Shown one piece after another: positions 36,824 through 45,979 of a stretch of 64,000 bases of DNA. Under the pieces are notes generated by a model. It saw only the letters and a list, made by a program, of their open reading frames with translations, searched no databases and was not told where the DNA came from. The translations under genes were made by a program, and so were the position numbers. Source of the DNA: Oligoflexia bacterium. Its GTDB lineage: Bacteria > Bdellovibrionota > UBA1018 > CAIPTA01 > JAALKR01. The stretch is taken from positions 2,239 to 66,238 of the forward strand of contig JAALKR010000009.1 of the NCBI GenBank assembly GCA_011087955.1, written 5' to 3'. Numbering within the stretch: position 1 is the first letter of the stretch; every line of letters begins with the position of its first letter.

Positions 36824-37302
36824 TGGCGGCAGCTATGGAGACGGGCTCGTCTTCAAAGCGAGCGCTCGTGGCAGATATTAACCTTGTTCCTTTTATTGAC
36901 CTGCTGTCCGTATGTATTTGCTTTCTTCTGATTACGGCGGTGTGGGTGCAGTTAGGGATTTTAGAAGTTAAACAGAGTCAGGGTACTTCGGCCGCTGTGG
37001 CGGAAGGTGGTTTCGAGATTGGAGTACGGTTGGTGAGTCCAGCTGCTGTCCAGATGGAGTTGCGAAAGAACGGACGTGTGTGGCAGAGGAAGAAGGTTGT
37101 GGCCTCGACTTTAAAAGAATTACAGGCGGCTGTTGCAGGAGTTGCGCAAGAATTTAGGGCTCGCGCCAAAAATCAAGTAAGTGCAGCGCTTTTAACGCCA
37201 AATGCTTCGGTAGACTACGGGTACTTGGTGGCCTTGATGGATACTCTGCGCAGGAATGAAATTACAAACCTTGGTGTGGTTGCAGTTGGAGGGAGTCGCT
37301 AG
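36823..37302 (+). CDS. ExbD/TolR-family protein (AglQ/AglS-like), copy 1
   Basis: Single TM with the conserved Asp, 'INLVPFIDLLSVCICFLLI', and a periplasmic domain. The start overlaps the upstream stop (TAATG). Confidence 0.8.
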   Translation: MAAAMETGSSSKRALVADINLVPFIDLLSVCICFLLITAVWVQLGILEVKQSQGTSAAVAEGGFEIGVRLVSPAAVQMELRKNGRVWQRKKVVASTLKELQAAVAGVAQEFRARAKNQVSAALLTPNASVDYGYLVALMDTLRRNEITNLGVVAVGGSR

Positions 37303-37820
37303 TGTTGGGTGCTATTCGACTAAGGCCGGGATCTTTTCACCATCATTTGGTTGCTAGAAAGCATAAGCGCGTTCAGTCGAAGCGTACCTTGCTGATTGCG
37401 CTCTCGCTGACAGCGATGGTGGATATGTTTGCGGTGTTGGTGATTTTTCTGTTGCAAAGTTTTTCGGCTTCGCCGGAATTGATTGTCACTAAGGGGATTG
37501 AGTTACCGAAGGCAATTTCGGGGGGAGAGATCAGGGAGGCGCCGGTGCTGGCGCTAGTGAATGGTGAGCTCTTCTTGGATCAGGAGCTCATTGGTGCAGT
37601 TGGGGCGACGTTGAGGGCACCGAAGGAATTAATGGCCCGCCTGAAAGCAGTGCGTGAGGGGTGGCAGAAGGATTATCCGGAGAAGGAGTTTCCGGGTGAG
37701 ATCAATTTGCAAGCGGACCAATCGATTCCAAGTACTGTTATAGGACAAGTGATGGGGATTGTTTCACAGGCTCACTATTATTCGATTCAATTGGCGGTAT
37801 TGGCGAAGGGCTCTAAATAA
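37302..37820 (+). CDS. ExbD/TolR-family protein (AglQ/AglS-like), copy 2
   Basis: Single TM with the conserved Asp, 'LSLTAMVDMFAVLVIFLL'. The GTG start overlaps the upstream stop (TAGTG). Confidence 0.8.
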   Translation: MLGAIRLRPGSFHHHLVARKHKRVQSKRTLLIALSLTAMVDMFAVLVIFLLQSFSASPELIVTKGIELPKAISGGEIREAPVLALVNGELFLDQELIGAVGATLRAPKELMARLKAVREGWQKDYPEKEFPGEINLQADQSIPSTVIGQVMGIVSQAHYYSIQLAVLAKGSK

Positions 37821-37838
37821 GCGAGAGGTGCTAAATAG

Positions 37839-40619
37839 ATGATGCGTTTCTTTTATCTGGTACTTACGGTTTTTTTTCTGGTTCCAACTGTGCATGCGAA
37901 TGAAATGATTATTCGAGATGTGGAGAGGTTGCGCAATTCTTTGCCGGCAAAGGACCCGGCCCGTAAAGAGCTAGCCTTGCGCTTGGCGGATTTGTATTTT
38001 TTTGCCGCAGTCGATCAGGATAAGCAAGCGCGATTGGCGACTACGGGAGCGCAGGTGCTGGACCAAAAGGCGGCTCGCTCTCGACAAAGGGCCTTGAATT
38101 TATACCGCGAAAGTATTCGTCTGGGGCTTAATGGGGAAACGCGTATTAAGGTGGATTTCCAGATGGCGCGCCTTCTGGATCAGCTGGGTCGGAGTAGTGA
38201 GGCTTTGCCGTTATGGCGAAAGTCGTACGCGCAAAAGCAGATTCTAAATGTCCGTAGAGAAGCGGTTTTGAAGTTAGCTGAGCAAGCGGAGTCGAGTAAT
38301 TCATTGGCAGGTGCTGAGGGTTTCTATAAGGAGGCTTTGTCTCTTTGTGAGTCTGCGTGTAATTTTGTGCGTTACAGGCTGGGGTGGGTCTATCGTAACC
38401 AGGGGCAAATTAAGCTAGCACTACGAGAAATCAAGAAAGCTCTATGGGATAAGAAAGGGCAGGTGCAAGAGGAGGTCCTGCGCGACTATATGGCCTTTCT
38501 TGTGCAAGAGCCTGGGGATGGTTCTTCGGCGGTGCTTGTTGTTGAGAACTTAATGGAACGAACAGGGCGCAAGGGCTTATTGGAGAATTTGGCCTATGGG
38601 TTTTATGCGGCTGGAAATAAGACGGCTGGAACAAATGTGCTTGCAGTCGTAACGGCTCACGCTCCAAATATTAAGAATCAAATTCGCTTATTAGAAGAGT
38701 ATTACGGCTTGCGCAAGTGGGATCAATTCCGTGAATTGCGTGAGCGTGTGGAGCCAGCAGCGATTAGCGGTATGGATCTAGATTCACAGAAAAACGCGGA
38801 GAAAATTATGCGCCGACTGGCGGTTCAGCTAGAGGCGGAGCAGAAGCAAAACAGCTCAATCAAAGCGGAATTCTTGGCGACGAATAGCTTGTATCTCGAC
38901 CTATTTCCAGAGAGTGAAATCGCCACAAAAGTAATGCGCTCTTGGTTGAGTGTAGAGGCTCACCAAAAGACAAAAATGACGAAAATCGCTGCTTGGCTTT
39001 CCGATCCGAGGCGAAAATTTAAGGACGCAGAAGCTCTAGAGTTGCGAGAGGAGCGAGCTCGTTTGGCGCAAGAGGAAAGCGATTTCTTGGTGCTGCGTGA
39101 AGAGATGGAGCGTCTGCAAAAGATGTATACGAGCGTGGGTAAGCGAGAAAAGGCAAAATACCTGATTGCACAATCTCATTATAAAGAGGGCGCGTTGGAT
39201 AAGGCATTGCCGCTCTTTAAGGAATTAGCTGCTTTTACTGGGTCAACGCCCAGTAAATGGTCTATTCAGGCACAAAACCTAGCTTTGGATATCTATAACC
39301 AGAGGCAAGACTATGTAACCCTAATAGTTCAGGCTGATACGTGGCTTGGGCGAACTTGGGCGAACTCAACTAAGCCGACGAAGGAATTAATGGATATTCA
39401 CAAAGTGCGAGAGCAAGCAAACTTTGAGTTTGCTACAGCTTCTGGGATTACGCCAAATGCCCTGGGTATTTTTTATCAGTATTGTAATGCAGGTGAGTTT
39501 TTGCCGAAATCCTGTGTGAATGCGAAGCGTCTTGCTGTGGCACTAAAGGACCAAGCAAAGCTAATGAACATTTTGCGTAAGACTAATGCCAAGGAGGAAT
39601 TAATTAACGAATATGAAATTAGTGGTCATTATGCGAAGTCGGCAGAGTTACTTGTAGAGAAGACGCCACTTAAGTCAAATAAGTGGTCCTTTGAGCAGGG
39701 GATGAAGATAGCGCTCCTCTATGAATTGGCGGGTAATTTTACAAAGCGCGATCGTTGGTTGCGCCCGATTGCAAAGCGTTATCATCGTAAGGCGATTCCA
39801 GAGGCATCGGAGCAGCTCTTATATTCGACGCTAAAAGATGCGCGCATGCTTAAGTCGGCAGCTTTGAAAATTAAATGGTCTAAGCCGTTTAAGATGCAGT
39901 TGGTTCGATACCTTGAGGAGTCGGGGCAGAGTACAAAGCAGAGTAAAAAAATGTTACTTACGGAGAAGGAGAATCAGGGGAGGGCTTGGGAGTATTATCA
40001 CCTGCGAGATCTATTCGAATTGGCTCGTCAGGAGCGGGTAATGAAATTTTATGGCCGTGGTTCAAAGCGAAAATTCCAAAGGCGCTTAGCTCGAATTAGG
40101 AAGTTTGATGAAAAGGCGAATAAGGTTCTAGAGCAATTGAGTTCAGAGTCGCGAATGCAAGTGATTGCGTTGCTACATCACTCTTATAATAATTTAGGTG
40201 CAGAGGTTCGTGCCACTCCGATCCCGGATGGTTTGGAGGAGGTGGCTATCACGCAGATTAAGGCGAGCTTAGAGGCAATGGCGCGGCCGTTTGCCGAAAA
40301 GGCTAGATCCTACATGGATTTATATACGACTGAATTAGCTAAGGTTACGGACTTGGAAAAGAAGGAAGTCCTAGCTGCTGTAGTTACAAGTGATGTGACC
40401 CCGAAGGAGCTGCTCACCCGGGCAGTTCGTCCGGAGCCAAAGAAGGAAGAGTTAAAGCCATTGGCAGGCGTGTTTCCCCTGTTAAGCGAGTTGCATAAAG
40501 ATCCACTGTCCAGAGTCACAGTTGGTTCTTTAAAAGAGTTTTATACGAAACAAGGTCGTGTTCGGCTGGCCTCCTACTATGAAGGTCGACTGCGTCTAAT
40601 GGATGGAGGGACGAAGTAA
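37839..40619 (+). CDS. Large secreted TPR/helical-repeat protein (AgmU/GltD/NfsD-like, tentative)
   Basis: 926 aa with signal peptide 'FFYLVLTVFFLVPTVHA' and helical-repeat character throughout. The position after the TolQ/TolR-like genes parallels Agl-Glt/Nfs clusters. Homology is not verified. Confidence 0.55.
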   Translation: MMRFFYLVLTVFFLVPTVHANEMIIRDVERLRNSLPAKDPARKELALRLADLYFFAAVDQDKQARLATTGAQVLDQKAARSRQRALNLYRESIRLGLNGETRIKVDFQMARLLDQLGRSSEALPLWRKSYAQKQILNVRREAVLKLAEQAESSNSLAGAEGFYKEALSLCESACNFVRYRLGWVYRNQGQIKLALREIKKALWDKKGQVQEEVLRDYMAFLVQEPGDGSSAVLVVENLMERTGRKGLLENLAYGFYAAGNKTAGTNVLAVVTAHAPNIKNQIRLLEEYYGLRKWDQFRELRERVEPAAISGMDLDSQKNAEKIMRRLAVQLEAEQKQNSSIKAEFLATNSLYLDLFPESEIATKVMRSWLSVEAHQKTKMTKIAAWLSDPRRKFKDAEALELREERARLAQEESDFLVLREEMERLQKMYTSVGKREKAKYLIAQSHYKEGALDKALPLFKELAAFTGSTPSKWSIQAQNLALDIYNQRQDYVTLIVQADTWLGRTWANSTKPTKELMDIHKVREQANFEFATASGITPNALGIFYQYCNAGEFLPKSCVNAKRLAVALKDQAKLMNILRKTNAKEELINEYEISGHYAKSAELLVEKTPLKSNKWSFEQGMKIALLYELAGNFTKRDRWLRPIAKRYHRKAIPEASEQLLYSTLKDARMLKSAALKIKWSKPFKMQLVRYLEESGQSTKQSKKMLLTEKENQGRAWEYYHLRDLFELARQERVMKFYGRGSKRKFQRRLARIRKFDEKANKVLEQLSSESRMQVIALLHHSYNNLGAEVRATPIPDGLEEVAITQIKASLEAMARPFAEKARSYMDLYTTELAKVTDLEKKEVLAAVVTSDVTPKELLTRAVRPEPKKEELKPLAGVFPLLSELHKDPLSRVTVGSLKEFYTKQGRVRLASYYEGRLRLMDGGTK

Positions 40620-40909
40620 TGCCTTATTGCTTGTTAGGACTGTTGGCAATTGCAATGAGTGGTTTGCCTAGCGCGGCAGTTGCTGCGAGAGGGGGGATGA
40701 AAGAGGGTGTGAAGACAAAAAAGACTCACGTTCGCTATAAGAGTTCCAAAGAAATCAATTTTGAAGAGTTATTGATTCAAGGGAAGCTGGAACGCCCAAA
40801 CTTATCTGTAGTCACGGGCTCGGTGGATAAGGATAATTCCTCCTTGCTTCGACTGCGGAAGGATTTTTTAGATCGTGTATCAATGGATTTTGGTGAGGAA
40901 GCAAAGTGA
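40619..40909 (+). CDS. Small secreted protein (96 aa), operon component
   Basis: Signal peptide 'LLGLLAIAMSGLPSAAVA'. The start overlaps the upstream stop (TAATG) and the stop overlaps the next start (GTGA). Confidence 0.55.
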   Translation: MPYCLLGLLAIAMSGLPSAAVAARGGMKEGVKTKKTHVRYKSSKEINFEELLIQGKLERPNLSVVTGSVDKDNSSLLRLRKDFLDRVSMDFGEEAK

Positions 40910-42105
40910 TTACAATAGCAAGTGCCAATGGAAGGTTTTTGCGATCGATTGCAGGTCTTACTGAGTCAGTAATTTACGGGTTTCACCGTCAGTTTGGCTT
41001 GGTCTCGGAGGACACGGCTGAACTGCGATTAAAGAATCGCAAAAAATTTGGTTTAGACCAACGAGACGACTGGCTTTGTCGTTTTCGCTTAATGCCCTCC
41101 TCTGATGGTGGCGTTGACATTGTCGCCGAAGAGGATTGTGTTGTCACTCGTCGCAATAAGGCTTGGTGGATTGAGAGTCCAGCGCTTAGTTTTCAGCTCT
41201 CCTATGCAGAGACGGAGTTTACTCCAGTAGAAACAGCAGCGACATGGAAAGAGCCTCGTGATCGAATCATTCCAGCTGTTTCACTCGCACTTTTGGCCCT
41301 GTTCTTGATTGGGTTATTTTTCCCATGGAAGGGTGAAGAGATTGCTGAAGAGGAGCCAGAAAAGCCTGTAATCGTTAAAGTCGTGAAGCCAAAGCGATCG
41401 GTTACAGTTCCAATGCCAAAAGCACTAAAGAATCTAAAGCAAGTCGCAAAGAGTAAGAAACAAGAGAATAAAGTTCGTCGGGCTGTGAGACAAAACCTTG
41501 GATTTCTGGGCATTCTTGGAGAGGAAAAACTGCGCAAAGCCTTGGGAGGAACGCCTTCGAAATTAAAGGACCTAAGTCCTGGAGCTGGAGCTGGTGGTAA
41601 AGAAGGTAGTGGTGGTGAGCTCCTTGTCGGTCTTGGTAAGGGAGTACGTAAAACTACGGTAGGAAATACGGGTACCGTTGGGCTTGGAGGCGTAGGTACT
41701 AAAGGTAAGGGTGGTGGCCAAGGGGGATATGGAAACGCGGCTGTATCTTCTGGTGTTGGTGGCTCGCTAGCAGGCATCCCGCTTGCGGATGATGTGGTCA
41801 TGGAAGGCGGTTTGTCTCAGGCAGTAATCCAGGCGACGATTGCTAAATACTTGAGTCAAGTGCGGGCTTGCTACGAGGTGGGGCTGCGAAAGAAGCCGGG
41901 GCTAGCAGGTACGGTGGCAACAAGGTTTGAAATTGGGCCAAGCGGTAGATTGAATTACTCCAAAGTAGCGCGATCCACTCTAAGTAATTCACAAGTAGAG
42001 GATTGTATTGTTCGTAACATGAAGCAATGGCAATTCCCGCGCCCAGAGGGGGGCGTAAAAGTAAAAGTATCGTATCCATTTTTATTGAGGCCGGTAAGGC
42101 TTTAA
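40906..42105 (+). CDS. Bitopic TonB-like protein with AgmX/PglI-type C-terminal domain
   Basis: A cytoplasmic N-domain, one TM ('AVSLALLALFLIGLFF'), a Lys-rich then Gly-rich spacer ('GAGAGGKEGSGG', 'GTKGKGGGQGGYG'), and a C-terminal domain 'AVIQATIAKYLSQVRACYEVGLRKKPGLAGTVATRFEIGPSGRL...VEDCIVRNMKQWQFPRPEGGVKVKVSYPFLL' with the two-Cys AgmX/PglI/TonB-C-like pattern. Confidence 0.7.
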   Translation: MITIASANGRFLRSIAGLTESVIYGFHRQFGLVSEDTAELRLKNRKKFGLDQRDDWLCRFRLMPSSDGGVDIVAEEDCVVTRRNKAWWIESPALSFQLSYAETEFTPVETAATWKEPRDRIIPAVSLALLALFLIGLFFPWKGEEIAEEEPEKPVIVKVVKPKRSVTVPMPKALKNLKQVAKSKKQENKVRRAVRQNLGFLGILGEEKLRKALGGTPSKLKDLSPGAGAGGKEGSGGELLVGLGKGVRKTTVGNTGTVGLGGVGTKGKGGGQGGYGNAAVSSGVGGSLAGIPLADDVVMEGGLSQAVIQATIAKYLSQVRACYEVGLRKKPGLAGTVATRFEIGPSGRLNYSKVARSTLSNSQVEDCIVRNMKQWQFPRPEGGVKVKVSYPFLLRPVRL

Positions 42106-42114
42106 GAGGAGGGC

Positions 42115-43602
42115 ATGAGGATGAATTTTTGGTATAGATTGGGAGATAGGTTGAGCACAGGGCTGAGCAGAAGAGTAGGTGTAGGGCTCATTTGCCTAAT
42201 GGTAATTACGGCCTGTAAAAATAACCCGTACCCGGAAGGTGTAACCTTTGAACCCGTTGACGGAAGCGATGAAGAGGTGGTCCGTCAAGAGCCAACCCTC
42301 TTCTTGCGCGCTCAAAATTTGATGCAATTTGTGGAGGGTGAAGAAGCCGTCTACGAGATCAAAGGCTTTTCGCAGTCCGGTGCGACGCAAATTGAATTGT
42401 TTGGGCTGCCACGTGGAGCTGAATTTGACTCAGAAATGGGTGAGTTAAAATGGACACCAGATTTTTTTGCAGCTAATAATCCACAAGATACGGAGGTTTT
42501 TCATCGCACTTATCCACTCCACGTCCGGATTTTTGACGAAGTCAATAGACGGATTTTTTTAGAGCGAGAAGTGACACTGCTCGTATTTGATTCGGCTCGT
42601 GACATGTTAATCTGGACGGACGCGGAAGCAGAGCTAAGCGAGGGTCAGTTTTTTAGTCAGGATGTTGAAGTCTTGGATGAGGACTACCCTGGTTCAGAGA
42701 TTAATCTTTACTCTCCCGACCTTCCAAAGGGCGCAACCTTGGAGCGGATTGCTTCCGATAGCGCGGCGAGTTTCCGCATCACATTTACCGCTCCAGCCGA
42801 TTTTGCGAAGTATGGTGGTAGCTCTGATGCCGACGGTTACTATAGAGATATCAATTTCCGCATTCAGGCCATTGGACCTCGGCAACATGTGAGCACGAAA
42901 GTGATTCAATGGCGTATCCGCGATATGGAACAAAAAATTCGTGTGGCGACTCCGAGTGAGGTCCGCGGGGATGACCGAGTGAATTTCACTGTGCATTTGG
43001 CGGATGAAAATTTTGAAACGGTTCCTCAGATGGAGATTGTCCATCAGCCAGAACAGGGCTCTTTTGTATTGCAAAGAATTCAAGAAAATCAAACGAGAAA
43101 GACGTCTGTCTATGAAGTGGTATGGAGTGAAATACTGCCGTCTATGCAAGGTAAGCAAGAGACTCTACACTTTCGTGCTTGTTCGCACGAAGATCGCCCT
43201 AATGCCTGCCAGGAGTTTAATGTTCAGGTGCTTTTAGATGGGGTAGTTCATCCGAGCCCCAAATTTACACGTAGCTCTTGGCCGCTTGGAGTGCTTAAGA
43301 CGGCTGTCGTTGGGGAAGTAATTGAAGAGAAAATTCAAATTCAAGATCCGGAGGTGCGCTCACCAGTCAAAGATTTAGATATTGAAGTATCGAATCCGGC
43401 GCTGACGGTGGCTTGGGACCGAAGCACGAGTCGGTTGCAGGTGGGATCCACTGCGGTTGGAGTTTTCCAATTTAACCTACGAGCGAGGACAGCCTACGGA
43501 GTCGAAGGGTTGGAATCAATGATGGTAGAATTTTTGGCTCCAACTCCGACGGAGCCTTCTTCGTCAGACCTGCCGGCAATTTTAGAACGTTTAGGAGAGT
43601 GA
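42115..43602 (+). CDS. Lipoprotein (495 aa), operon component of unknown function
   Basis: Lipobox 'LMVITAC'. The protein is beta-rich with repeated Ig-like-looking segments. No family recognised. Confidence 0.6.
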   Translation: MRMNFWYRLGDRLSTGLSRRVGVGLICLMVITACKNNPYPEGVTFEPVDGSDEEVVRQEPTLFLRAQNLMQFVEGEEAVYEIKGFSQSGATQIELFGLPRGAEFDSEMGELKWTPDFFAANNPQDTEVFHRTYPLHVRIFDEVNRRIFLEREVTLLVFDSARDMLIWTDAEAELSEGQFFSQDVEVLDEDYPGSEINLYSPDLPKGATLERIASDSAASFRITFTAPADFAKYGGSSDADGYYRDINFRIQAIGPRQHVSTKVIQWRIRDMEQKIRVATPSEVRGDDRVNFTVHLADENFETVPQMEIVHQPEQGSFVLQRIQENQTRKTSVYEVVWSEILPSMQGKQETLHFRACSHEDRPNACQEFNVQVLLDGVVHPSPKFTRSSWPLGVLKTAVVGEVIEEKIQIQDPEVRSPVKDLDIEVSNPALTVAWDRSTSRLQVGSTAVGVFQFNLRARTAYGVEGLESMMVEFLAPTPTEPSSSDLPAILERLGE

Positions 43603-44372
43603 TTGTGAAAAACTATATTCAATCTATGAAATATCTTGGCGTCGGGCTGAGCTTAATTATGGTTATGCTTTTTTTGCTGCCAGTTATGGTTATGGCCAAT
43701 GAAGCTGCTACAAAAAGCTCAGAAGCCCGAGCAACGGCAAAGCCGGTTCCACTAGCGGAACAGCTAAAAATTTTGGAGTTACCGGCTAATTCCGCGGGGG
43801 CCTCGGTCGCAAAAGAAAAGCTATACTCCGTTCAGGATCGTTATGTTCTGCTTAAAAATCGTTTTGAGTTATCGGTTGCGGGGTCGCATCAGGTAACCGA
43901 TACAGGATTTATCGCCACTCAAGAAGCAGCGTTAGGCGCTCGCTATTATATCGATTCTAAATGGAGTGTGGGGGCTAGTTATTCTTACGCGTTCAACGAG
44001 TTAACTAATTCAACTACAAACTTCTATGAGCAAGAAGGAGTTCTACCGAAAGTACCTTTCGTACAATCCCGTGCGGATCTGACCGGGCGCTATTTGCTTT
44101 TTTACGGTAAATTTCGTTTGAGTATGGATACAGTCCTGTACTTTGATCATTTTGTTTCATTGGGGCCATCCATGATCACTCTGAATACAGGCTCTAGTAT
44201 TGGTGCGGTAGCCGAGACTGGCTTCCTTTTTTGGATCGGCCGTAATTGGAATGCACTTTTCGGTGTGAAGAACTATGTTTTTTCTAAGACGATAAATAAT
44301 GATGGCAGTAAGCAATTTGCCAATCAGGTGCAAATCTACTTCAGTGGTGGTTTCCTCTTTGGGGGTATCTAA
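43599..44372 (+). CDS. Predicted outer-membrane beta-barrel protein (GltA/GltB/NfsA/NfsB-like, tentative)
   Basis: Signal peptide 'LGVGLSLIMVMLFLLPVMVMA', alternating-strand pattern with aromatic girdle residues, about 250 aa. The GTG start overlaps the upstream stop (GTGA); an alternative start is ATG 43626. Confidence 0.6.
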   Translation: MIVKNYIQSMKYLGVGLSLIMVMLFLLPVMVMANEAATKSSEARATAKPVPLAEQLKILELPANSAGASVAKEKLYSVQDRYVLLKNRFELSVAGSHQVTDTGFIATQEAALGARYYIDSKWSVGASYSYAFNELTNSTTNFYEQEGVLPKVPFVQSRADLTGRYLLFYGKFRLSMDTVLYFDHFVSLGPSMITLNTGSSIGAVAETGFLFWIGRNWNALFGVKNYVFSKTINNDGSKQFANQVQIYFSGGFLFGGI

Positions 44373-44374
44373 AT

Positions 44375-45979
44375 ATGATGCGACGAAACTTAGTAGTTCT
44401 TTTTCTTTTTAGTTGTATGGTTTTTATGGGGTCTAGGTTTGAGGCGAGAGCTGAGGGCCGCTCAGGTGCCGATGTGCTAATGCAGTCGGCAAAGCCGAAG
44501 CAAGGCGGCTCTTCCAATCTTGTAGTGGAGCTCGGCTCGGTGGAGTTGAATAACCCACTCGTAATGCATTTTTTTACAGAATGGCAAGCTGCGAGCAAAA
44601 TGAGTTTCCACCAAAACCTTTGGGCGCGACAGGTGCTCGAGCAGAAGTGGGGAAAAATAGCACATCTTTGGCCAACCATTCGCGACTCGGTCGACGATGA
44701 GTTTGCTGTCACAGCGCGGTCTGCGTATGTTTTTGCGCTGTGGAATTTAAACCTAGGGCAGACGTTTTGGAATGAATGGTTTGAAATGGCGCGAGTGGGA
44801 CGCTACCGTGATTCAAAAGCCTTTATTGCGCTTAGTGTGAGCATCCAGCCGGAGTTTGCCAAGCGTTTCTATGATTGGGGCGTACACGTAGAGCGAGAGC
44901 AGGCCGAGTTTCTTTTGAATGAAGTTCAATCTGCCCATCCAATTTTTGATACCGTTCGGGCTCATATCTTACTAAGACAAACGGGAGCGCACGCTAAAGA
45001 CGGAGAAACATTACTACTCCGAATGCCGAAGACGCATCCGTACTATTCTGCCTTAGCACGCACGCTGGCCTTACATTTTGCTCGCCAAGGAGATCTTGGA
45101 GCAGCTGGCTCCATTCTGAAGAAGATTGAGCCGATTACTTTAGGCAGTAAAGACCCGGAGCAAATTGCATCCTATTATTTGCAGATTGCGCGACTCCTTT
45201 ATCAAAGCGGCAACTTATCAGCGGCCTCTGTGTTTTATCGAAAAGTGCCGAAAGGTTCTCGTGACTTCTTAACCGCTCGGGAAGAATTGGCTTGGGTTCT
45301 TTTACAGAGCGGTGAATTTGGGTCCTTGCGGGGTGAATTACAGACTTTCCGGATGGACGTTTGGAAAGATAAATTTTTGCCAGAGGTACATTTAGTGTCG
45401 GCGATCGGTAATTTGAAGCTTTGTTTTTACGGAGAAGTTCGCAAAGACTTCGATCTGTTTCTTAGTAAGAATAAAACGTGGGCCGGTCGTGTAGAGGCTG
45501 AGCTAGCGAAAGCTGATCCAAGCCGTCCGGAGCGTATTGATTTTTACATTGAACGAGCCGAACAAGCCCTTACACAACGGCAAGCAGAACAGGTGAAACT
45601 AAGAGATTTAGCGAGAGAGTCGAAAACAGCCGCATTACCCGCCGTAGGTGTTCAACCTCATTGGCTAGCCGCGGAAAAAGCGATCCAGTTTACGATGGAG
45701 CGAACTCGTAAGCGACAGATGGAAGAATATCGACGAGTGTGGCGGTCGCGTCGATTTGTTTTGCAAGAAGCGATTCGTAAAATGCAATTTGTGAAGGTCG
45801 AACTCATGAGCCAAATGTCACGTTTGGCGGCCAATACGGGTGGTACGAAAAAGTTACGCGGCAATGTTAAAACAAATTTGGTGGCTTCGAAGAATTCAAT
45901 GACCTTTCCATTTGACGGAGTGGCATGGCCAGACGAGTTCTTCAATCTGCAGTCGGTTACGGAGGGCGAATGTTTATAG
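44375..45979 (+). CDS. Secreted helical/TPR-like protein (GltC/NfsC-like, tentative)
   Basis: Signal peptide 'LVVLFLFSCMVFMGSRFEARA' and TPR-like stretches ('YYLQIARLLYQSGNLSAASVFYRKV', 'EELAWVLLQSGEF'). Starts 2 nt after the upstream stop. Confidence 0.5.
   Translation: MMRRNLVVLFLFSCMVFMGSRFEARAEGRSGADVLMQSAKPKQGGSSNLVVELGSVELNNPLVMHFFTEWQAASKMSFHQNLWARQVLEQKWGKIAHLWPTIRDSVDDEFAVTARSAYVFALWNLNLGQTFWNEWFEMARVGRYRDSKAFIALSVSIQPEFAKRFYDWGVHVEREQAEFLLNEVQSAHPIFDTVRAHILLRQTGAHAKDGETLLLRMPKTHPYYSALARTLALHFARQGDLGAAGSILKKIEPITLGSKDPEQIASYYLQIARLLYQSGNLSAASVFYRKVPKGSRDFLTAREELAWVLLQSGEFGSLRGELQTFRMDVWKDKFLPEVHLVSAIGNLKLCFYGEVRKDFDLFLSKNKTWAGRVEAELAKADPSRPERIDFYIERAEQALTQRQAEQVKLRDLARESKTAALPAVGVQPHWLAAEKAIQFTMERTRKRQMEEYRRVWRSRRFVLQEAIRKMQFVKVELMSQMSRLAANTGGTKKLRGNVKTNLVASKNSMTFPFDGVAWPDEFFNLQSVTEGECL

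Noticed and set aside
41202-41801. 199-aa Pro-rich ORF on the minus strand
   Set aside because: It is the antisense shadow of the Gly-rich spacer (GGN codons read as NCC Pro) of the TonB-like gene 40906-42105. It shows low complexity only and has no independent start context.
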